Assembly: GCA_947599825.1 (NCBI GenBank)
Contig: CANQFS010000002.1
Coordinates: forward strand, 8,669-72,668
Reading direction: 5' to 3'
Source of the DNA: an uncultured Clostridia bacterium
Lineage (GTDB): Bacteria; Bacillota; Clostridia; TANB77; CAG-508
Length of the DNA stretch: 64,000 bases
The notes under the pieces are model-generated. The model worked only from the letters and a program-made list of their open reading frames with translations, searched no databases and was not told the DNA's origin. The translations under genes were made by a program, and so were the position numbers. Positions 34,058 through 44,356 of this stretch are shown one piece after another (the first letter of the stretch is position 1; the number at the start of each line of letters is the position of its first letter).

Positions 34058-34828
34058 TTATATTTTTGTCAAGATTTCTGGCTCATTTTCTGTAATTAAA
34101 ATTGTATTTTCATAATGAGCTGCTTTTTCTTCATCTTCTGTTACAATAGTCCACCCATCATCTAGTACTAAAATTTCATCAGAGCCTGCCATTACCATAG
34201 GTTCTACAGCAAGTGTCATACCTGGCTCTAATCGAATTCCTCTTCCTGCTCTTCCATAGTTTGGAATTCCTGGATCTTCATGCATTTGTCTTCCAATTCC
34301 ATGTCCTTGAAATTCTTTTACAACATTAAAACCATTTTTTTCTACAAATTCTCCAATTGCATGAGAAACATCTCCAATACGATTGCCTTTTTTAGCATAT
34401 TTTATTCCTTCAAAAAAAGCTTGTTTTGTTACTTCAATTAGTTTTTGTGATTTTTTATCTATATTTCCTACACTATAGGTTCTAGCACAATCTCCATTAA
34501 ACCCATCTTTATAAGCTACCAAGTCAATGCTAATAATGTCTCCTTCTTTTAAAATAACTCTTTTTGATGGAATTCCGTGAATAACCTCATCATTAACAGA
34601 TGCACAAATAGCACCTGGAAAGTTTGGCACTCCTTTTTGTCCACTTGGATAGCCTTTTTCCGCAGGAATTGCTCCATATTTTCTCATTGTATTTTCTGCA
34701 ATTTTATCTAACTCCCACGTAGACACTCCTGGCTTAATTGCTTCTTCTACTGCTTTTTGCGCTAATGCTGCTATTTTACATGCTTCTCTCATTTTTTCTA
34801 TTTCTTGTTTCGATTTAATTGTTACCAT
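34058..34828 (-). CDS. map: Methionine aminopeptidase type I
   Basis: 256 aa. Confidence 0.9.
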   Translation of the reverse strand: MVTIKSKQEIEKMREACKIAALAQKAVEEAIKPGVSTWELDKIAENTMRKYGAIPAEKGYPSGQKGVPNFPGAICASVNDEVIHGIPSKRVILKEGDIISIDLVAYKDGFNGDCARTYSVGNIDKKSQKLIEVTKQAFFEGIKYAKKGNRIGDVSHAIGEFVEKNGFNVVKEFQGHGIGRQMHEDPGIPNYGRAGRGIRLEPGMTLAVEPMVMAGSDEILVLDDGWTIVTEDEEKAAHYENTILITENEPEILTKI

Positions 34829-34907
34829 TTTTTCTTCCTTTCTTCAAAGGGGTGTCCCAAATTGTCCCATTTGTCGCAATTGGGGACTGTCCCAAATTGT
34901 CCCTGTC

Positions 34908-35573
34908 CTAATTGTCCATCAAATATTCTTTTACTTCTTTTGCTACGTCTTCTGAGGTTTTGCCTGAGTGCAAATTTAGTTTTACAGCATATAATAAGTC
35001 TTGTGCTTTGTAATAATTGACTAATTGGGCAGATGTTTCGTGATATGTTTTTAATCTTTGCTTTACTGTTTCTATGTTATCATCTTCTCTTTGTACTAAT
35101 TTACTTTGGCAAATATCGCAGATTCCTTCTTGTTTTGGCTTTTTGAATTCTAAATTATAGACTTCTCTACAATTTATGTTTGAGCATACTCTTCTTTTCA
35201 CAATTCTATCTATAATATCTTCGTCAGATAGTTCTAATTCTACTGCTATGTCTATTTTCTTTCCTTGCTTTTTTAAAAAAGTATCAAATGCTTCTGCTTG
35301 CACGATGGTTCTTGGAAAGCCATCTAATATGACACCATTTTTACAATCTGGCTCTTGCAATCTTTGTTCTACAAGTTTTATTGCTAAATCATCTGGTACT
35401 AAATTTCCTTTTGATACATAAGATTCAATTTGTTTTCCTATTTCTCCTGCTTTTTTTATATAACTTCGAAATAGTTCTCCACTGGATAAATGCGTAATTC
35501 CTAATGATTCAGATAACATTTTTCCTACGGTTCCTTTTCCTGAACCTGGTTTGCCTAACATGACAATATACAT
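34908..35573 (-). CDS. adk: Adenylate kinase
   Basis: A P-loop GKPGSGKGT and a zinc-binding lid CxxC...CxxC. Confidence 0.9.
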   Translation of the reverse strand: MYIVMLGKPGSGKGTVGKMLSESLGITHLSSGELFRSYIKKAGEIGKQIESYVSKGNLVPDDLAIKLVEQRLQEPDCKNGVILDGFPRTIVQAEAFDTFLKKQGKKIDIAVELELSDEDIIDRIVKRRVCSNINCREVYNLEFKKPKQEGICDICQSKLVQREDDNIETVKQRLKTYHETSAQLVNYYKAQDLLYAVKLNLHSGKTSEDVAKEVKEYLMDN

Positions 35574-35734
35574 TTGCTACTTACTCCCTTCTCTTTTGCT
35601 TTTACTTTACTATTATACCATTTTTTAGCATACAAGTATACTATTTTTTATAAAAAAATAGATGCTTTTATTTTGCATCTATTTTTCTATTTTTCAATTT
35701 TTAATTCACAATCTAGTTTTAAAAAGAAGCAAGC

Positions 35735-35840
35735 AGTGCTAGGAAAGCTAGGCAAATAACCGGAGGCGTACGTGCTGTAGCCAAAGGATTATTTGACCGA
35801 CGCTTGACAACGCAATGCGATGCTTATTTTTCAAAACTAT
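35735..35840 (+). repeat. E-family repeat element copy 1 (TTGCTAGG...hairpin...TTGACAACGCAAtGcgATGC)
   Basis: Shares conserved termini with the copies at 38935, 45632 and 45215 (inverted). Confidence 0.55.
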
Positions 35841-37153
35841 TCTAAGAATCCTTTGTAATGTCTCATTACAAGTTGAGATTCTAATTGTTGTACTGTTTCT
35901 AAGGCAACACCTACTACAATTAAGATTGATGTTCCACCAAAGGCAATATTTAAGTTGGTAAATCTAAGTAGCATTGGAATAATCGCAATTACTGCTAAGA
36001 ATAAACCTCCAAATAGTGTAATTTTTGAGATAATAGAGCTTAAATAGTCTGTTGTTGGCTTTCCTGCTCTAATTCCTGGTATAAATCCACCATTTTTCTT
36101 AATATTGTTTGATACTTCTGCTGGGTTGAAAGTAGCATAAGTATAAAAATATGTGAAGCCTAAAATTAGTAGTAAGTATACTATTGCGTTTGCAATTGAG
36201 TATCCTACTGGAACATTTGATGTTGATGTTGCAATAGAGAATTTATAAATTACACTCCAGAACCCTGTTTCGCTTGCAATGTTTGGTACAAACATTTGAA
36301 TTATCATGGCTGGGAATGTCATAAATGATGAAGCAAAAATAACTGGCATTACACCTGCCATAGCAAGTTTTAATGGAATGTTCGTATTTTGTGCTCCTAC
36401 CATTTTTCTTCCTACTACTCTTTTTGAATATTGTACTGGGACTCTACGTTCTGCTTGTTGTACAAATACAACTCCTGCAACTAAAATAATTGCTCCTATA
36501 ATAATTCCTAGTCCAATTAGTAGTCCTGTTGTTGAGAATATTCCTGTTCCAAATATTAAATCCCAAATTGTTGTTAATCCTGATGGAAGACCTGCTATAA
36601 TACCAACAAAGATAATCATAGAAATTCCATTTCCAATTCCTTTGCTTGTTATTTGGTCTCCAAGCCACATTAAAAGTGCTGTTCCTGCCATTAATGAAAT
36701 AACGACAGTTGCTCCTGTTAAGAAGCCTGTATCCATAAAGATTCCAGAAGAACGATAAGATAGGTAAATTCCTAATCCTTCGATTAAAGCAAGGATAACC
36801 GTTACTAATTTTGTATAACGATTGATTTTTTCTCTTCCTTCTTCTCCACCTTCTTTGGTTAATCTTTCTAATGCAGGGATAACCATTGCTAATAATTGAA
36901 TAACAATAGATGCTGTAATGTATGGGCTAATTGACATTGCAAAAATAGATAAACGAGAAAAAGCTCCTCCTGAGATTAAATCTATTAATGATGCCATTCC
37001 TTGATTATTAAATGCTTCTGCAAGTGCAAAGTTATTTACCCCTGGAACAGTAATGTAACAACCTAATCTAAATACAACGATTAGAATTAGGGTATATAAT
37101 AATCTTTTTCTAACATCTGGCGTTTTTAACGCATTTTTTATTGTTTGAAACAA
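35837..37153 (-). CDS. secY: Preprotein translocase subunit SecY
   Basis: 438 aa with 10 TM helices. Confidence 0.9.
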   Translation of the reverse strand: MFQTIKNALKTPDVRKRLLYTLILIVVFRLGCYITVPGVNNFALAEAFNNQGMASLIDLISGGAFSRLSIFAMSISPYITASIVIQLLAMVIPALERLTKEGGEEGREKINRYTKLVTVILALIEGLGIYLSYRSSGIFMDTGFLTGATVVISLMAGTALLMWLGDQITSKGIGNGISMIIFVGIIAGLPSGLTTIWDLIFGTGIFSTTGLLIGLGIIIGAIILVAGVVFVQQAERRVPVQYSKRVVGRKMVGAQNTNIPLKLAMAGVMPVIFASSFMTFPAMIIQMFVPNIASETGFWSVIYKFSIATSTSNVPVGYSIANAIVYLLLILGFTYFYTYATFNPAEVSNNIKKNGGFIPGIRAGKPTTDYLSSIISKITLFGGLFLAVIAIIPMLLRFTNLNIAFGGTSILIVVGVALETVQQLESQLVMRHYKGFLE

Positions 37154-37588
37154 CTAAATCACCTCTGTCTTTCCACCTAAAGCTTCTATTTTCTCTTTAG
37201 CGCCTTTAGTGAATCGAACAGCTTTAACAGTTAATTTCTTTTCTAATGTACCAGTTGCAATTACAACGATACCATCGTTTGCTTTAGATATAATTCCATC
37301 TGCAATTAAACTTTGCGCAGTTACTTCGTCTTTGCTTGATTTGTTAAGCATTGTTAAAGTTACTTCTGTGTAATTTTTTGCATGAATATTTGTAAATCCT
37401 CTTTTTGGTAATCTTCTATATAATGGTGTTTGACCTCCTTCGAATCCACGTCTAACTCCTCCACCAGATCTTGCTTTTTGTCCTTTATGTCCTCTTCCTG
37501 ATGTTTTTCCTAGACCAGAACCGATTCCACGTCCAACTCTTTTCTTTGTTTCTGTTTTTTGTGCTGGTTTTAATTCGTCTAATTTCAT
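37154..37588 (-). CDS. rplO: 50S ribosomal protein L15
   Basis: 144 aa. Confidence 0.9.
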   Translation of the reverse strand: MKLDELKPAQKTETKKRVGRGIGSGLGKTSGRGHKGQKARSGGGVRRGFEGGQTPLYRRLPKRGFTNIHAKNYTEVTLTMLNKSSKDEVTAQSLIADGIISKANDGIVVIATGTLEKKLTVKAVRFTKGAKEKIEALGGKTEVI

Positions 37589-37696
37589 TTTAGGATTACA
37601 CCTCCTCTTTTTATTTGTGGGATTTTTCCCTTTTATACAGTATCAGAATGAAAGTTTCATCTTATCTATTCTTAATTCTGACTTTTTCATTAATAT

Positions 37697-37729
37697 ACAT
37701 TTCTTTTTCTCTTTGCTAAAAAGAAATGT
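37697..37729 (-). promoter_or_regulatory. Perfect 12-bp hairpin in the S5-L15 spacer
   Basis: The stem acatttcttttt/aaaaagaaatgt with loop ctctttgct. No U-run follows, so it is more likely a processing or structural element than a terminator. Confidence 0.35.
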
Positions 37730-37749
37730 ACAAGATTGAAAGATTTTCT

Positions 37750-37860
37750 ATTAAAAATAATATTTTAAATATTCTAAATATTATTTTTAATATTCTAAAT
37801 ATCATTTTTAATATTCTAAATATTTTTTTAATATTCTAGATATTATTTTCAATATTTTCT
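37750..37860. repeat. Tandem repeat of about 21 nt, 5 copies, where rpmD (L30) would normally sit
   Basis: The unit is attctaaatatNatttttaat, between rpsE and rplO. Confidence 0.65.
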
Positions 37861-38350
37861 ATAAAATTTCTTCTACTTTCTTTCCTCTTTTTGCTGCTAC
37901 TTGTTCGATTGTTTGCATTTTCTTTAATCCTTCGATTGTAGCATATACTACGTTTCTTGGGTTATTTGTTCCTAATACCTTTGTACGGATATCTCTGTAT
38001 CCTGCAAGTTCAATAACTGGTCTTACGCTTCCTCCTGCTATGATTCCAGTACCTTCTGCTGCTGGTTTTAGCATAACGTTTGCGCTACCAAATTTTCCAA
38101 TATATTCGTGTGGTATTGTTGTTCCTACAATTGGAACTTCTATTAAGTTCTTCTTTGCTTCTTGAATTGCTTTCTTGATAGCATCTGGAACTTCTGCTGC
38201 TTTTCCATTTCCTACTCCTACATGTCCTGCTTCGTCTCCTACAACAACGACTGCACTAAAGCGGAAAGTTCTACCACCTTTTACAACTTTTGCAACTCTA
38301 TTGATTGCAACAACTTTTTCTTTTAATTCTGGTGTATTTTCTTCGTGCAC
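37859..38350 (-). CDS. rpsE: 30S ribosomal protein S5
   Basis: A GTG start after GGAGGG ([27 protein letters not shown]). Confidence 0.85.
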   Translation of the reverse strand: MHEENTPELKEKVVAINRVAKVVKGGRTFRFSAVVVVGDEAGHVGVGNGKAAEVPDAIKKAIQEAKKNLIEVPIVGTTIPHEYIGKFGSANVMLKPAAEGTGIIAGGSVRPVIELAGYRDIRTKVLGTNNPRNVVYATIEGLKKMQTIEQVAAKRGKKVEEIL

Positions 38351-38359
38351 TGTATTTTT

Positions 38360-38455
38360 CCCTCCTTTTTTCTTAAGGTAAGGGAACACATCTTTACTTT
38401 TACGTCACTTTCCTTAGTAACAAGATTTGTTTCCTATTATGAATAAGTGATGCAG
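38360..38455 (-). promoter_or_regulatory. L-family structured leader element upstream of rpsE
   Basis: The sense strand reads CATCACTTATTCATAATAGG...AAAGATGTGTTCCCTTACC...GGAGG. Confidence 0.5.
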
Positions 38456-38492
38456 TAATTTAATGTTCTCCTTATTCTTTTTTCTTTTTAAT

Positions 38493-38852
38493 TTAAAACT
38501 TTAATCCTGCTTCTCTTGCAGCATCTGCTAATTCTTTTACAACTCCGTGATAAATATATCCTCCTCTGTCATATACAACAGATTTGATATTTTTATCTAA
38601 TGCTCTTTTTGCTATTAAAGTACCTACTTCTTTTGCAGCTTCTTTATTGGCATGTTTATTTTTTACTTCTTTATCTAATGTAGAAGCTTGTGCTAAAGTT
38701 ACTCCTTTAACGTCATCAATGACTTGAACAAAAAGATTTTTATTGCTTCTATAAACACATAGTCTTGGACGTTCAGCAGTTCCACTGATTTTTCTGCGAA
38801 CTCTAATATGTCTTCTAGTTCTTTCTAATTTACGATTTACTTTAGTAATCAT
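38493..38852 (-). CDS. rplR: 50S ribosomal protein L18
   Basis: 119 aa. Confidence 0.9.
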   Translation of the reverse strand: MITKVNRKLERTRRHIRVRRKISGTAERPRLCVYRSNKNLFVQVIDDVKGVTLAQASTLDKEVKNKHANKEAAKEVGTLIAKRALDKNIKSVVYDRGGYIYHGVVKELADAAREAGLKF

Positions 38853-38934
38853 ATTTTTCTCCTTTCTACTAATGTAACAGCATTAGTAATTTAGATAGTT
38901 TATAAGTTATTATGAAACAAAGCAAAAGTGGTAT

Positions 38935-39035
38935 ATTGCTAGGAAAGCAAATAAAAATTTTTGAGATAATACGAGTTTGTATATCGAAAAAATTTTTATG
39001 CAGCTTGACAACGCAAGATGCCGCTTTTCATTTGT
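38935..39035 (+). repeat. E-family repeat element copy 2
   Basis: Reads ATTGCTAGGAAAGC...long AT hairpin...GCTTGACAACGCAAGATGC. Confidence 0.55.
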
Positions 39036-39037
39036 TT

Positions 39038-39577
39038 CTACTTCTTACCTGCTTTACCTTCTTTTCTTCTAATATGCTCATCTGCATATTTAATACCTTT
39101 ACCATGATATACTTCTGGTGGTCTCTTTGTTCTTACTACTGCTGCTGTTTGACCAACTGCTTCTTTATCTATTCCTTTAACTATAATTGTATTTGGGTTT
39201 GGAACATCAAATGTAATTCCTGCAGGTTCTTCCATTTCTACTGGGTGAGAGTAACCTAAATTCATTACTAATTTCTTTCCTTGTTTTTGTGCTCTATATC
39301 CAACACCAACAATTTGTAATTCTTTTTGATATTCATTACGAACACCTTCTATCATGTTTGCTATTAAAGTTCTTGTTAATCCGTGTAAACTTCTATTTGC
39401 TGCTTCATCATCTGGTCTTGTAACATGAATTACATTTCCTTCAATTGCAACACTCATGTTTTTGTGGATTTCTCTTTCTAATGTTCCTTTAGGTCCTTTT
39501 ACCGTTAAATGTGTTCCATCTAATTTTACTTCTACACCTTCTGGTACGGTAATAGGTTTATTTCCTATTCTTGACAT
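39038..39577 (-). CDS. rplF: 50S ribosomal protein L6
   Basis: 179 aa. Confidence 0.9.
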   Translation of the reverse strand: MSRIGNKPITVPEGVEVKLDGTHLTVKGPKGTLEREIHKNMSVAIEGNVIHVTRPDDEAANRSLHGLTRTLIANMIEGVRNEYQKELQIVGVGYRAQKQGKKLVMNLGYSHPVEMEEPAGITFDVPNPNTIIVKGIDKEAVGQTAAVVRTKRPPEVYHGKGIKYADEHIRRKEGKAGKK

Positions 39578-39607
39578 GACTGGTTTTCCTCCTTTATTTA
39601 TTTTATA

Positions 39608-40006
39608 TTACCATACGTAAGCTAGTACTTCTCCACCTAATCCTTCATTTCTTGCTTCTTTATCTGTTTTTATTCCTTTTGAAGTAGAAATTAAGGCTAT
39701 TCCTAGTCCATTTAATACTTGTGGTAATTCGTCCTTTGATGCATATACTCTTAGCCCTGGTTTGCTAATTCTTTTTATTCCGTCAATGACTCTAGCACCT
39801 TTTTCATCATATTTTAATGTAACTCTTATGATTCCTTGTGCATCATCTTTTATTTCTTCAAATGATTTGATATATCCTTCTTCAAATAGAATTTTAGCAA
39901 TTGCTTTTTTCATATTAGAAGCTGGAACATCAACAGTTTTATGTTTTGAACTATTAGCGTTTCTAATTCTTGTTAGCATATCTGCTATTGGGTCTGTTGT
40001 GTTCAT
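39608..40006 (-). CDS. rpsH: 30S ribosomal protein S8
   Basis: Starts [18 protein letters not shown]. The longer ORF on the track was trimmed. Confidence 0.88.
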   Translation of the reverse strand: MNTTDPIADMLTRIRNANSSKHKTVDVPASNMKKAIAKILFEEGYIKSFEEIKDDAQGIIRVTLKYDEKGARVIDGIKRISKPGLRVYASKDELPQVLNGLGIALISTSKGIKTDKEARNEGLGGEVLAYVW

Positions 40007-40037
40007 ATTAAATATTTCCCTCCTTTTTTCCTTTATT

Positions 40038-40223
40038 CTACCAACTTGCTTTTTTAACTCCAGGAATTTCACCTTTATGTGCTAATTCTCTAAAACATAC
40101 ACGGCAAATTCCATATTTTCTAATATAAGCATGTGGTCTTCCGCAAAGTTTGCATCTATTATATTCTCTTGTTTTGTATTTTTGCTCTCTTGCTTGCTTA
40201 ACTTTTAAAGATTTCTTAGCCAT
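40038..40223 (-). CDS. rpsN: 30S ribosomal protein S14 (Zn-ribbon type Z)
   Basis: 61 aa with CxxC...CxxC. Confidence 0.9.
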   Translation of the reverse strand: MAKKSLKVKQAREQKYKTREYNRCKLCGRPHAYIRKYGICRVCFRELAHKGEIPGVKKASW

Positions 40224-40357
40224 TAGCTATTTTCTCCTTTCACTAATTTGACAGGGGGACTCATTTTACATTTTTGTCACTTTCACTTGGGCTAAGGTAT
40301 GTTTTCTCCCTTGTGAATGAGTGTTCAAATGTTTTACTATTCTCCTGCTATTTAATT
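40224..40357 (-). promoter_or_regulatory. L-family (subfamily B) structured element between rplE and rpsN
   Basis: The sense strand reads CATTTGAACACTCATTCACAAGGG...ACATACCTTAGCCC...AAGTGAC, paralogous to the element upstream of rplN. Confidence 0.5.
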
Positions 40358-40897
40358 TTAATTTTTGAATGGCATTCCTAATAATGTTAGTAATTCTCTT
40401 GCTTCTTCGTCTGTTTTAGCGGTAGTAACAAATATAATATCCATACCTCTAATTTTATCTACTTTATCATATTCGATTTCAGGGAAGATTAATTGTTCTT
40501 TTACACCCATAGAGTAGTTTCCTCTACCATCAAAAGAATTTTTTGATACTCCTCTAAAATCTCTTACTCTTGGAAGTGCTACATTAAATAGTTTGTATGC
40601 AAAATCATACATTTTTCCTTGTCTTAATGTAACTTTGCAACCCATATTAACGCCTTCTCTTATTTTGAAAGCAGCAATTGCTTTCTTTGCTTTTGTTACA
40701 ATTGGTGTTTGACCAGTTATAAGTTTAATATCATTGATTGCGTTTTCTAATGACTTTGGATTGTCTTTGATATCTCCTAATCCAACATTGATTACGATTT
40801 TTTCTAATTTTGGAACTTCCATAACTGATTTATAATTGAATTTTTTCATTAATGCTGGAATTACTTCTTTTTGATATTGTTCTTTTAATATTTCCAT
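40358..40897 (-). CDS. rplE: 50S ribosomal protein L5
   Basis: 179 aa. Confidence 0.9.
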   Translation of the reverse strand: MEILKEQYQKEVIPALMKKFNYKSVMEVPKLEKIVINVGLGDIKDNPKSLENAINDIKLITGQTPIVTKAKKAIAAFKIREGVNMGCKVTLRQGKMYDFAYKLFNVALPRVRDFRGVSKNSFDGRGNYSMGVKEQLIFPEIEYDKVDKIRGMDIIFVTTAKTDEEARELLTLLGMPFKN

Positions 40898-40933
40898 AAT
40901 CTATGTATTTCCTCCTTTCATTTGACACAAGTC

Positions 40934-41242
40934 TTATTTAATTTTTGCGTTGCATTTTTTACAAACACGTACTTTTTGATCTTTTTCTATTTCATAACCA
41001 ATTTTTGTAGCCTTTCCACATTTTGGGCATACTACATTTACTTTACTTGCGTGAATAGCGCATTCTACTGGTATAATACCGCCTTCTTCACCTTGTTTTC
41101 TTGGTTTTACATGTTTTTTTCTAACATTTATACCTTTTACTATAATTTTCTCTGTTTTTGGTATTACTTCTAATACTTCTCCTGTTTTACCTTTATCATT
41201 TCCAGATAAAACTTTAACGTTATCACCTTTTTTTATTTTCAT
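40934..41242 (-). CDS. rplX: 50S ribosomal protein L24 (with a C-terminal CxxC...CxxC)
   Basis: A KOW domain plus CPKCGK...CKKCN. Confidence 0.88.
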   Translation of the reverse strand: MKIKKGDNVKVLSGNDKGKTGEVLEVIPKTEKIIVKGINVRKKHVKPRKQGEEGGIIPVECAIHASKVNVVCPKCGKATKIGYEIEKDQKVRVCKKCNAKIK

Positions 41243-41373
41243 TTTTCTTTTTTCACCTCTTTTTTTAGAATTTTAACTTCTATTAAAGAAACTTTTTTTA
41301 ATAATTCGCATATTAATTTTTAATGCTTTAACTTGTAAGTGCAAATATTTATTAATAATTTATTGCTAACAGA

Positions 41374-41742
41374 TTAAAGAACTTCTGGAGCTAAAGATAA
41401 AATTTTCATATAATCTTTATCTCTTAACTCTCTAGCAACAGGGCCAAATATACGAGTTCCTCTTGGGTTTTTATCTTCTCTTATAATAACTGCTGCATTT
41501 TCATCAAATCTTACATAGGATCCATCTGCTCTTCTAATTGGCTTCTTTGTTCTTACTACTACTGCTTTTACAACATCACCTTTTTTTACAACTCCACCAG
41601 GTGTTGCAGTTTTAACAGAAGCAACGATTACGTCACCAACACCAGCATATTTACGATAAGATCCACCTAAACATCTAATGCACATAATTTCTTTTGCACC
41701 AGTGTTATCAGCTACTTTTAATATGGATTGTTGTTGTACCAT
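41374..41742 (-). CDS. rplN: 50S ribosomal protein L14
   Basis: 122 aa. Confidence 0.9.
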   Translation of the reverse strand: MVQQQSILKVADNTGAKEIMCIRCLGGSYRKYAGVGDVIVASVKTATPGGVVKKGDVVKAVVVRTKKPIRRADGSYVRFDENAAVIIREDKNPRGTRIFGPVARELRDKDYMKILSLAPEVL

Positions 41743-41947
41743 TTTCGCTTTTCCTCCTTTACTCTATCTTGTTTCAATTATCTAACGGTGACACATCTTT
41801 ACCTATGGTCATTTCTTTTTGGATAAGATATGTCCCACGCCGAGCTTTTTACATTATTTATACCTTTTGGTCACTTCTACACGGGCTAAGGTATGTTACC
41901 TACCCTTGTGATTAAGTGTTCAAATGGTTTGAATATTCCCTATTTTT
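41743..41947 (-). promoter_or_regulatory. L-family long composite element upstream of rplN
   Basis: It contains both the subfamily-B core (CATTTGAACACTTAATCACAAGGG...CCTTAGCCC) and the subfamily-A motifs (GGGACATATCTTATCC, AAAGATGTGTCACC) ahead of the GGAGG. Confidence 0.5.
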
Positions 41948-42217
41948 TTATTTTATAATAGCCTTTTCTACTATTTTTACAACTCTGAATCTTTTATCTT
42001 TTGATAAAGGTCTTGTTTCCATGACTTGTACTTTATCTCCGATTCCACATTCATTGTTTTCATCATGAGCTTTTAATGTATAAGTTCTTTTTTGAATTTT
42101 TCCGTAAGTTTTATTTTTCTCGTTTGTCTCTACAGCTACTACTACAGTTTTGTCCATCTTATTAGATTTTACAATCCCTGTAAAAGTTTTACGAAGATTT
42201 CTTTCTTCCATATTCAA
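41948..42217 (-). CDS. rpsQ: 30S ribosomal protein S17
   Basis: The true start is probably MEERN, 2 codons in. Confidence 0.88.
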   Translation of the reverse strand: MNMEERNLRKTFTGIVKSNKMDKTVVVAVETNEKNKTYGKIQKRTYTLKAHDENNECGIGDKVQVMETRPLSKDKRFRVVKIVEKAIIK

Positions 42218-42242
42218 ATCTCCTTTCTTTCAATGTTTTCCT

Positions 42243-42455
42243 TTATTTATTGTCTTCTAATTTTCTTTCTGTTAATACAGTATTGATTTTTGCAATGTCT
42301 TTTTTCACTTCTTTAATTTTCATAGGATTATCTAATCCGTTTGTTGCTAAGCTAAATCTTAGTTTGAATAATTCAGATTTTAATTCTCCTAATTCTTTTT
42401 CTAGATCTGGTGAAGACATTTTTCTTATTTCATTAATCTTCATCACTCTCACCAC
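42243..42455 (-). CDS. rpmC: 50S ribosomal protein L29
   Basis: The true start is probably MKINEIRK. Confidence 0.85.
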   Translation of the reverse strand: MVRVMKINEIRKMSSPDLEKELGELKSELFKLRFSLATNGLDNPMKIKEVKKDIAKINTVLTERKLEDNK

Positions 42456-42873
42456 CTATTTCAGTTTCTTTTTTAACAAATTTACACTTAACAGATAGCT
42501 TATTTCCAGCAAGTCTTAGTGCTTCTCTTGCTGTTTCTTCAGGTACTCCTGCTATTTCAAACATAACTCTTCCTGGTTTTACAGCTGCTACCCAATATTC
42601 TACTGCTCCTTTACCTTTACCCATACGAGTTTCTGCTGGTTTCTTTGTTATTGGTTTATCTGGGAAGATTTTTATCCAAACCTTTCCACCTCTTTTAATA
42701 TAACGAGTCATAGCAACACGGGCAGATTCAATTTGGTTTGTTGTAATTAAACCTGCTTCTAATGTTTGAAGTCCATATTCACCATCTGATACATAATTTC
42801 CTCTTGTTGCCTTTCCTCTATTTCTACCTTTTTGTTGTTTTCTATATTTGGTTCTTTTTGGCATTAATGGCAT
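42433..42873 (-). CDS. rplP: 50S ribosomal protein L16
   Basis: 146 aa. Confidence 0.9.
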   Translation of the reverse strand: MPLMPKRTKYRKQQKGRNRGKATRGNYVSDGEYGLQTLEAGLITTNQIESARVAMTRYIKRGGKVWIKIFPDKPITKKPAETRMGKGKGAVEYWVAAVKPGRVMFEIAGVPEETAREALRLAGNKLSVKCKFVKKETEIGGESDED

Positions 42874-43532
42874 TATTTGTCTCCTCCTTCCACTTTCTTT
42901 TTAGCTGGAAGAATTTCTCCTTTATAAATCCAAACTTTTACACCGATTTTTCCATATGTTGTATCTGCTTCTGCAAATCCATAGTCAATATCAGCTCTTA
43001 AAGTTTGAAGTGGTATGGTTCCTTCTTTGTAGAATTCTGTTCTTGCCATATCTGCTCCACCTAATCTTCCAGATACTGAAGTTTTAATTCCTAAAGCACC
43101 TGCTTTCATTGTTTTTTGCATACATTGTTTCATGGCTCTACGGAAGGAAATTCTTCTTTCTAGTTGTCCTGCAATGTTTTCTGCAACTAATTGTGCATTA
43201 ACATCTACATCTTTTACTTCAACAATATTTAAGTTTACTTCTTTTCCTATCATTTTTTGTAATTCATTTTTTAATGTTTCAGCTAAGTTTCCACCTTTAC
43301 CAATTACTAATCCTGGTTTTGCTGTGTAAACATTAACTTTTACAAATTTAGCAGTTCTTTCAATTTCAACTTTTGAAATTCCGCTAATATATAATTTTTT
43401 CTTTACATACTCACGAATTTTGTGGTCTTCTACTAGGTAGTTTGCAAAGTCTTTTTTGTTTGCATACCATTTTGAATCCCAGTCTTTTATAACACCAACT
43501 CTTAATCCATGAGGATCCATTTTTTGTCCCAT
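42873..43532 (-). CDS. rpsC: 30S ribosomal protein S3
   Basis: 219 aa, starting [13 protein letters not shown]. Confidence 0.9.
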   Translation of the reverse strand: MGQKMDPHGLRVGVIKDWDSKWYANKKDFANYLVEDHKIREYVKKKLYISGISKVEIERTAKFVKVNVYTAKPGLVIGKGGNLAETLKNELQKMIGKEVNLNIVEVKDVDVNAQLVAENIAGQLERRISFRRAMKQCMQKTMKAGALGIKTSVSGRLGGADMARTEFYKEGTIPLQTLRADIDYGFAEADTTYGKIGVKVWIYKGEILPAKKKVEGGDK

Positions 43533-43551
43533 TGTATATAAGCTCCTTTCT

Positions 43552-43920
43552 TTAATCTCTTTCTCTTAATACGATTGTAATATGGCTTGTTCTTTTACGA
43601 ATTCTAACAGCAGAACCTTTTGCAGCTGGTCTAATTCTTTTTAGAGTTGGACCTTGGTTTGCATATACTTCTGCAACGTATAATTTTTCATGTGCCATAT
43701 GGTGATTGTTTTCAGCGTTTGCAATAGCTGATTTTAATAATTTTTCTACTATTTCAGAGGCAGCCTTTGGTGTAAATTTAACAATTGCTAATGCTTCATC
43801 TACACTTTTTCCTCTAATTAAATCTATTACGATTTTTACTTTTCTACTTGAAATTCTAGCATATTTAAGGGTTGCTGCGGCTTCTGGAATAATAACTTCT
43901 TGCATTTCTTCTTTTTCCAC
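43552..43920 (-). CDS. rplV: 50S ribosomal protein L22
   Basis: A GTG start 8 nt after GGAGG. Confidence 0.85.
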   Translation of the reverse strand: MEKEEMQEVIIPEAAATLKYARISSRKVKIVIDLIRGKSVDEALAIVKFTPKAASEIVEKLLKSAIANAENNHHMAHEKLYVAEVYANQGPTLKRIRPAAKGSAVRIRKRTSHITIVLRERD

Positions 43921-43926
43921 GTTATT

Positions 43927-44017
43927 TTCCTCCATTCCTCGGTAAGGGGACACATCTTTCCCTTATGTCATTCCTCTAGGGACAAAATATGTCCCCTTCT
44001 TATGAATAAGTGATGTC
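43927..44017 (-). promoter_or_regulatory. L-family structured leader element upstream of rplV
   Basis: The sense strand reads TGACATCACTTATTCATAAGAAGGGGACATATTTTGTCCCTAGAGGAATGACATAAGGGAAAGATGTGTCCCCTTACCGAGGAATGGAGG. Confidence 0.55.
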
Positions 44018-44061
44018 AGTATTTTTGTGTTCGCCCTATTTTTACTTTTATTTTTATTTTT

Positions 44062-44340
44062 TTACTGTTTTGTTGTTGTTTTCTCTCCTGCATGACCTTT
44101 AAAAGTTCTTGTTGGAGCGAATTCTCCTAATTTATGACCTATCATTTCTTCTGTAATATAAACTGGCACATGTTTTCTACCATCATGAACAGCAATTGTG
44201 TGTCCTACCATTTGAGGGTATATAGTAGAAGCTCTTGACCATGTTTTTAATACTTCTTTTGCTCCTGTTTCGTTCATTGCTTCAATTCTTTTTAATAGTT
44301 CTGGAGCAACAAATGGAGTCTTTTTACTTGATCTTGACAT
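44062..44340 (-). CDS. rpsS: 30S ribosomal protein S19
   Basis: 92 aa. Confidence 0.9.
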   Translation of the reverse strand: MSRSSKKTPFVAPELLKRIEAMNETGAKEVLKTWSRASTIYPQMVGHTIAVHDGRKHVPVYITEEMIGHKLGEFAPTRTFKGHAGEKTTTKQ

Positions 44341-44356
44341 ATCTTATTTTCCCTCC

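Noticed and set aside
37589-37858. An L30 (rpmD) gene in the S5-L15 gap.
   Set aside because: Six-frame inspection shows no L30-like ORF. The gap holds a tandem repeat and a hairpin.
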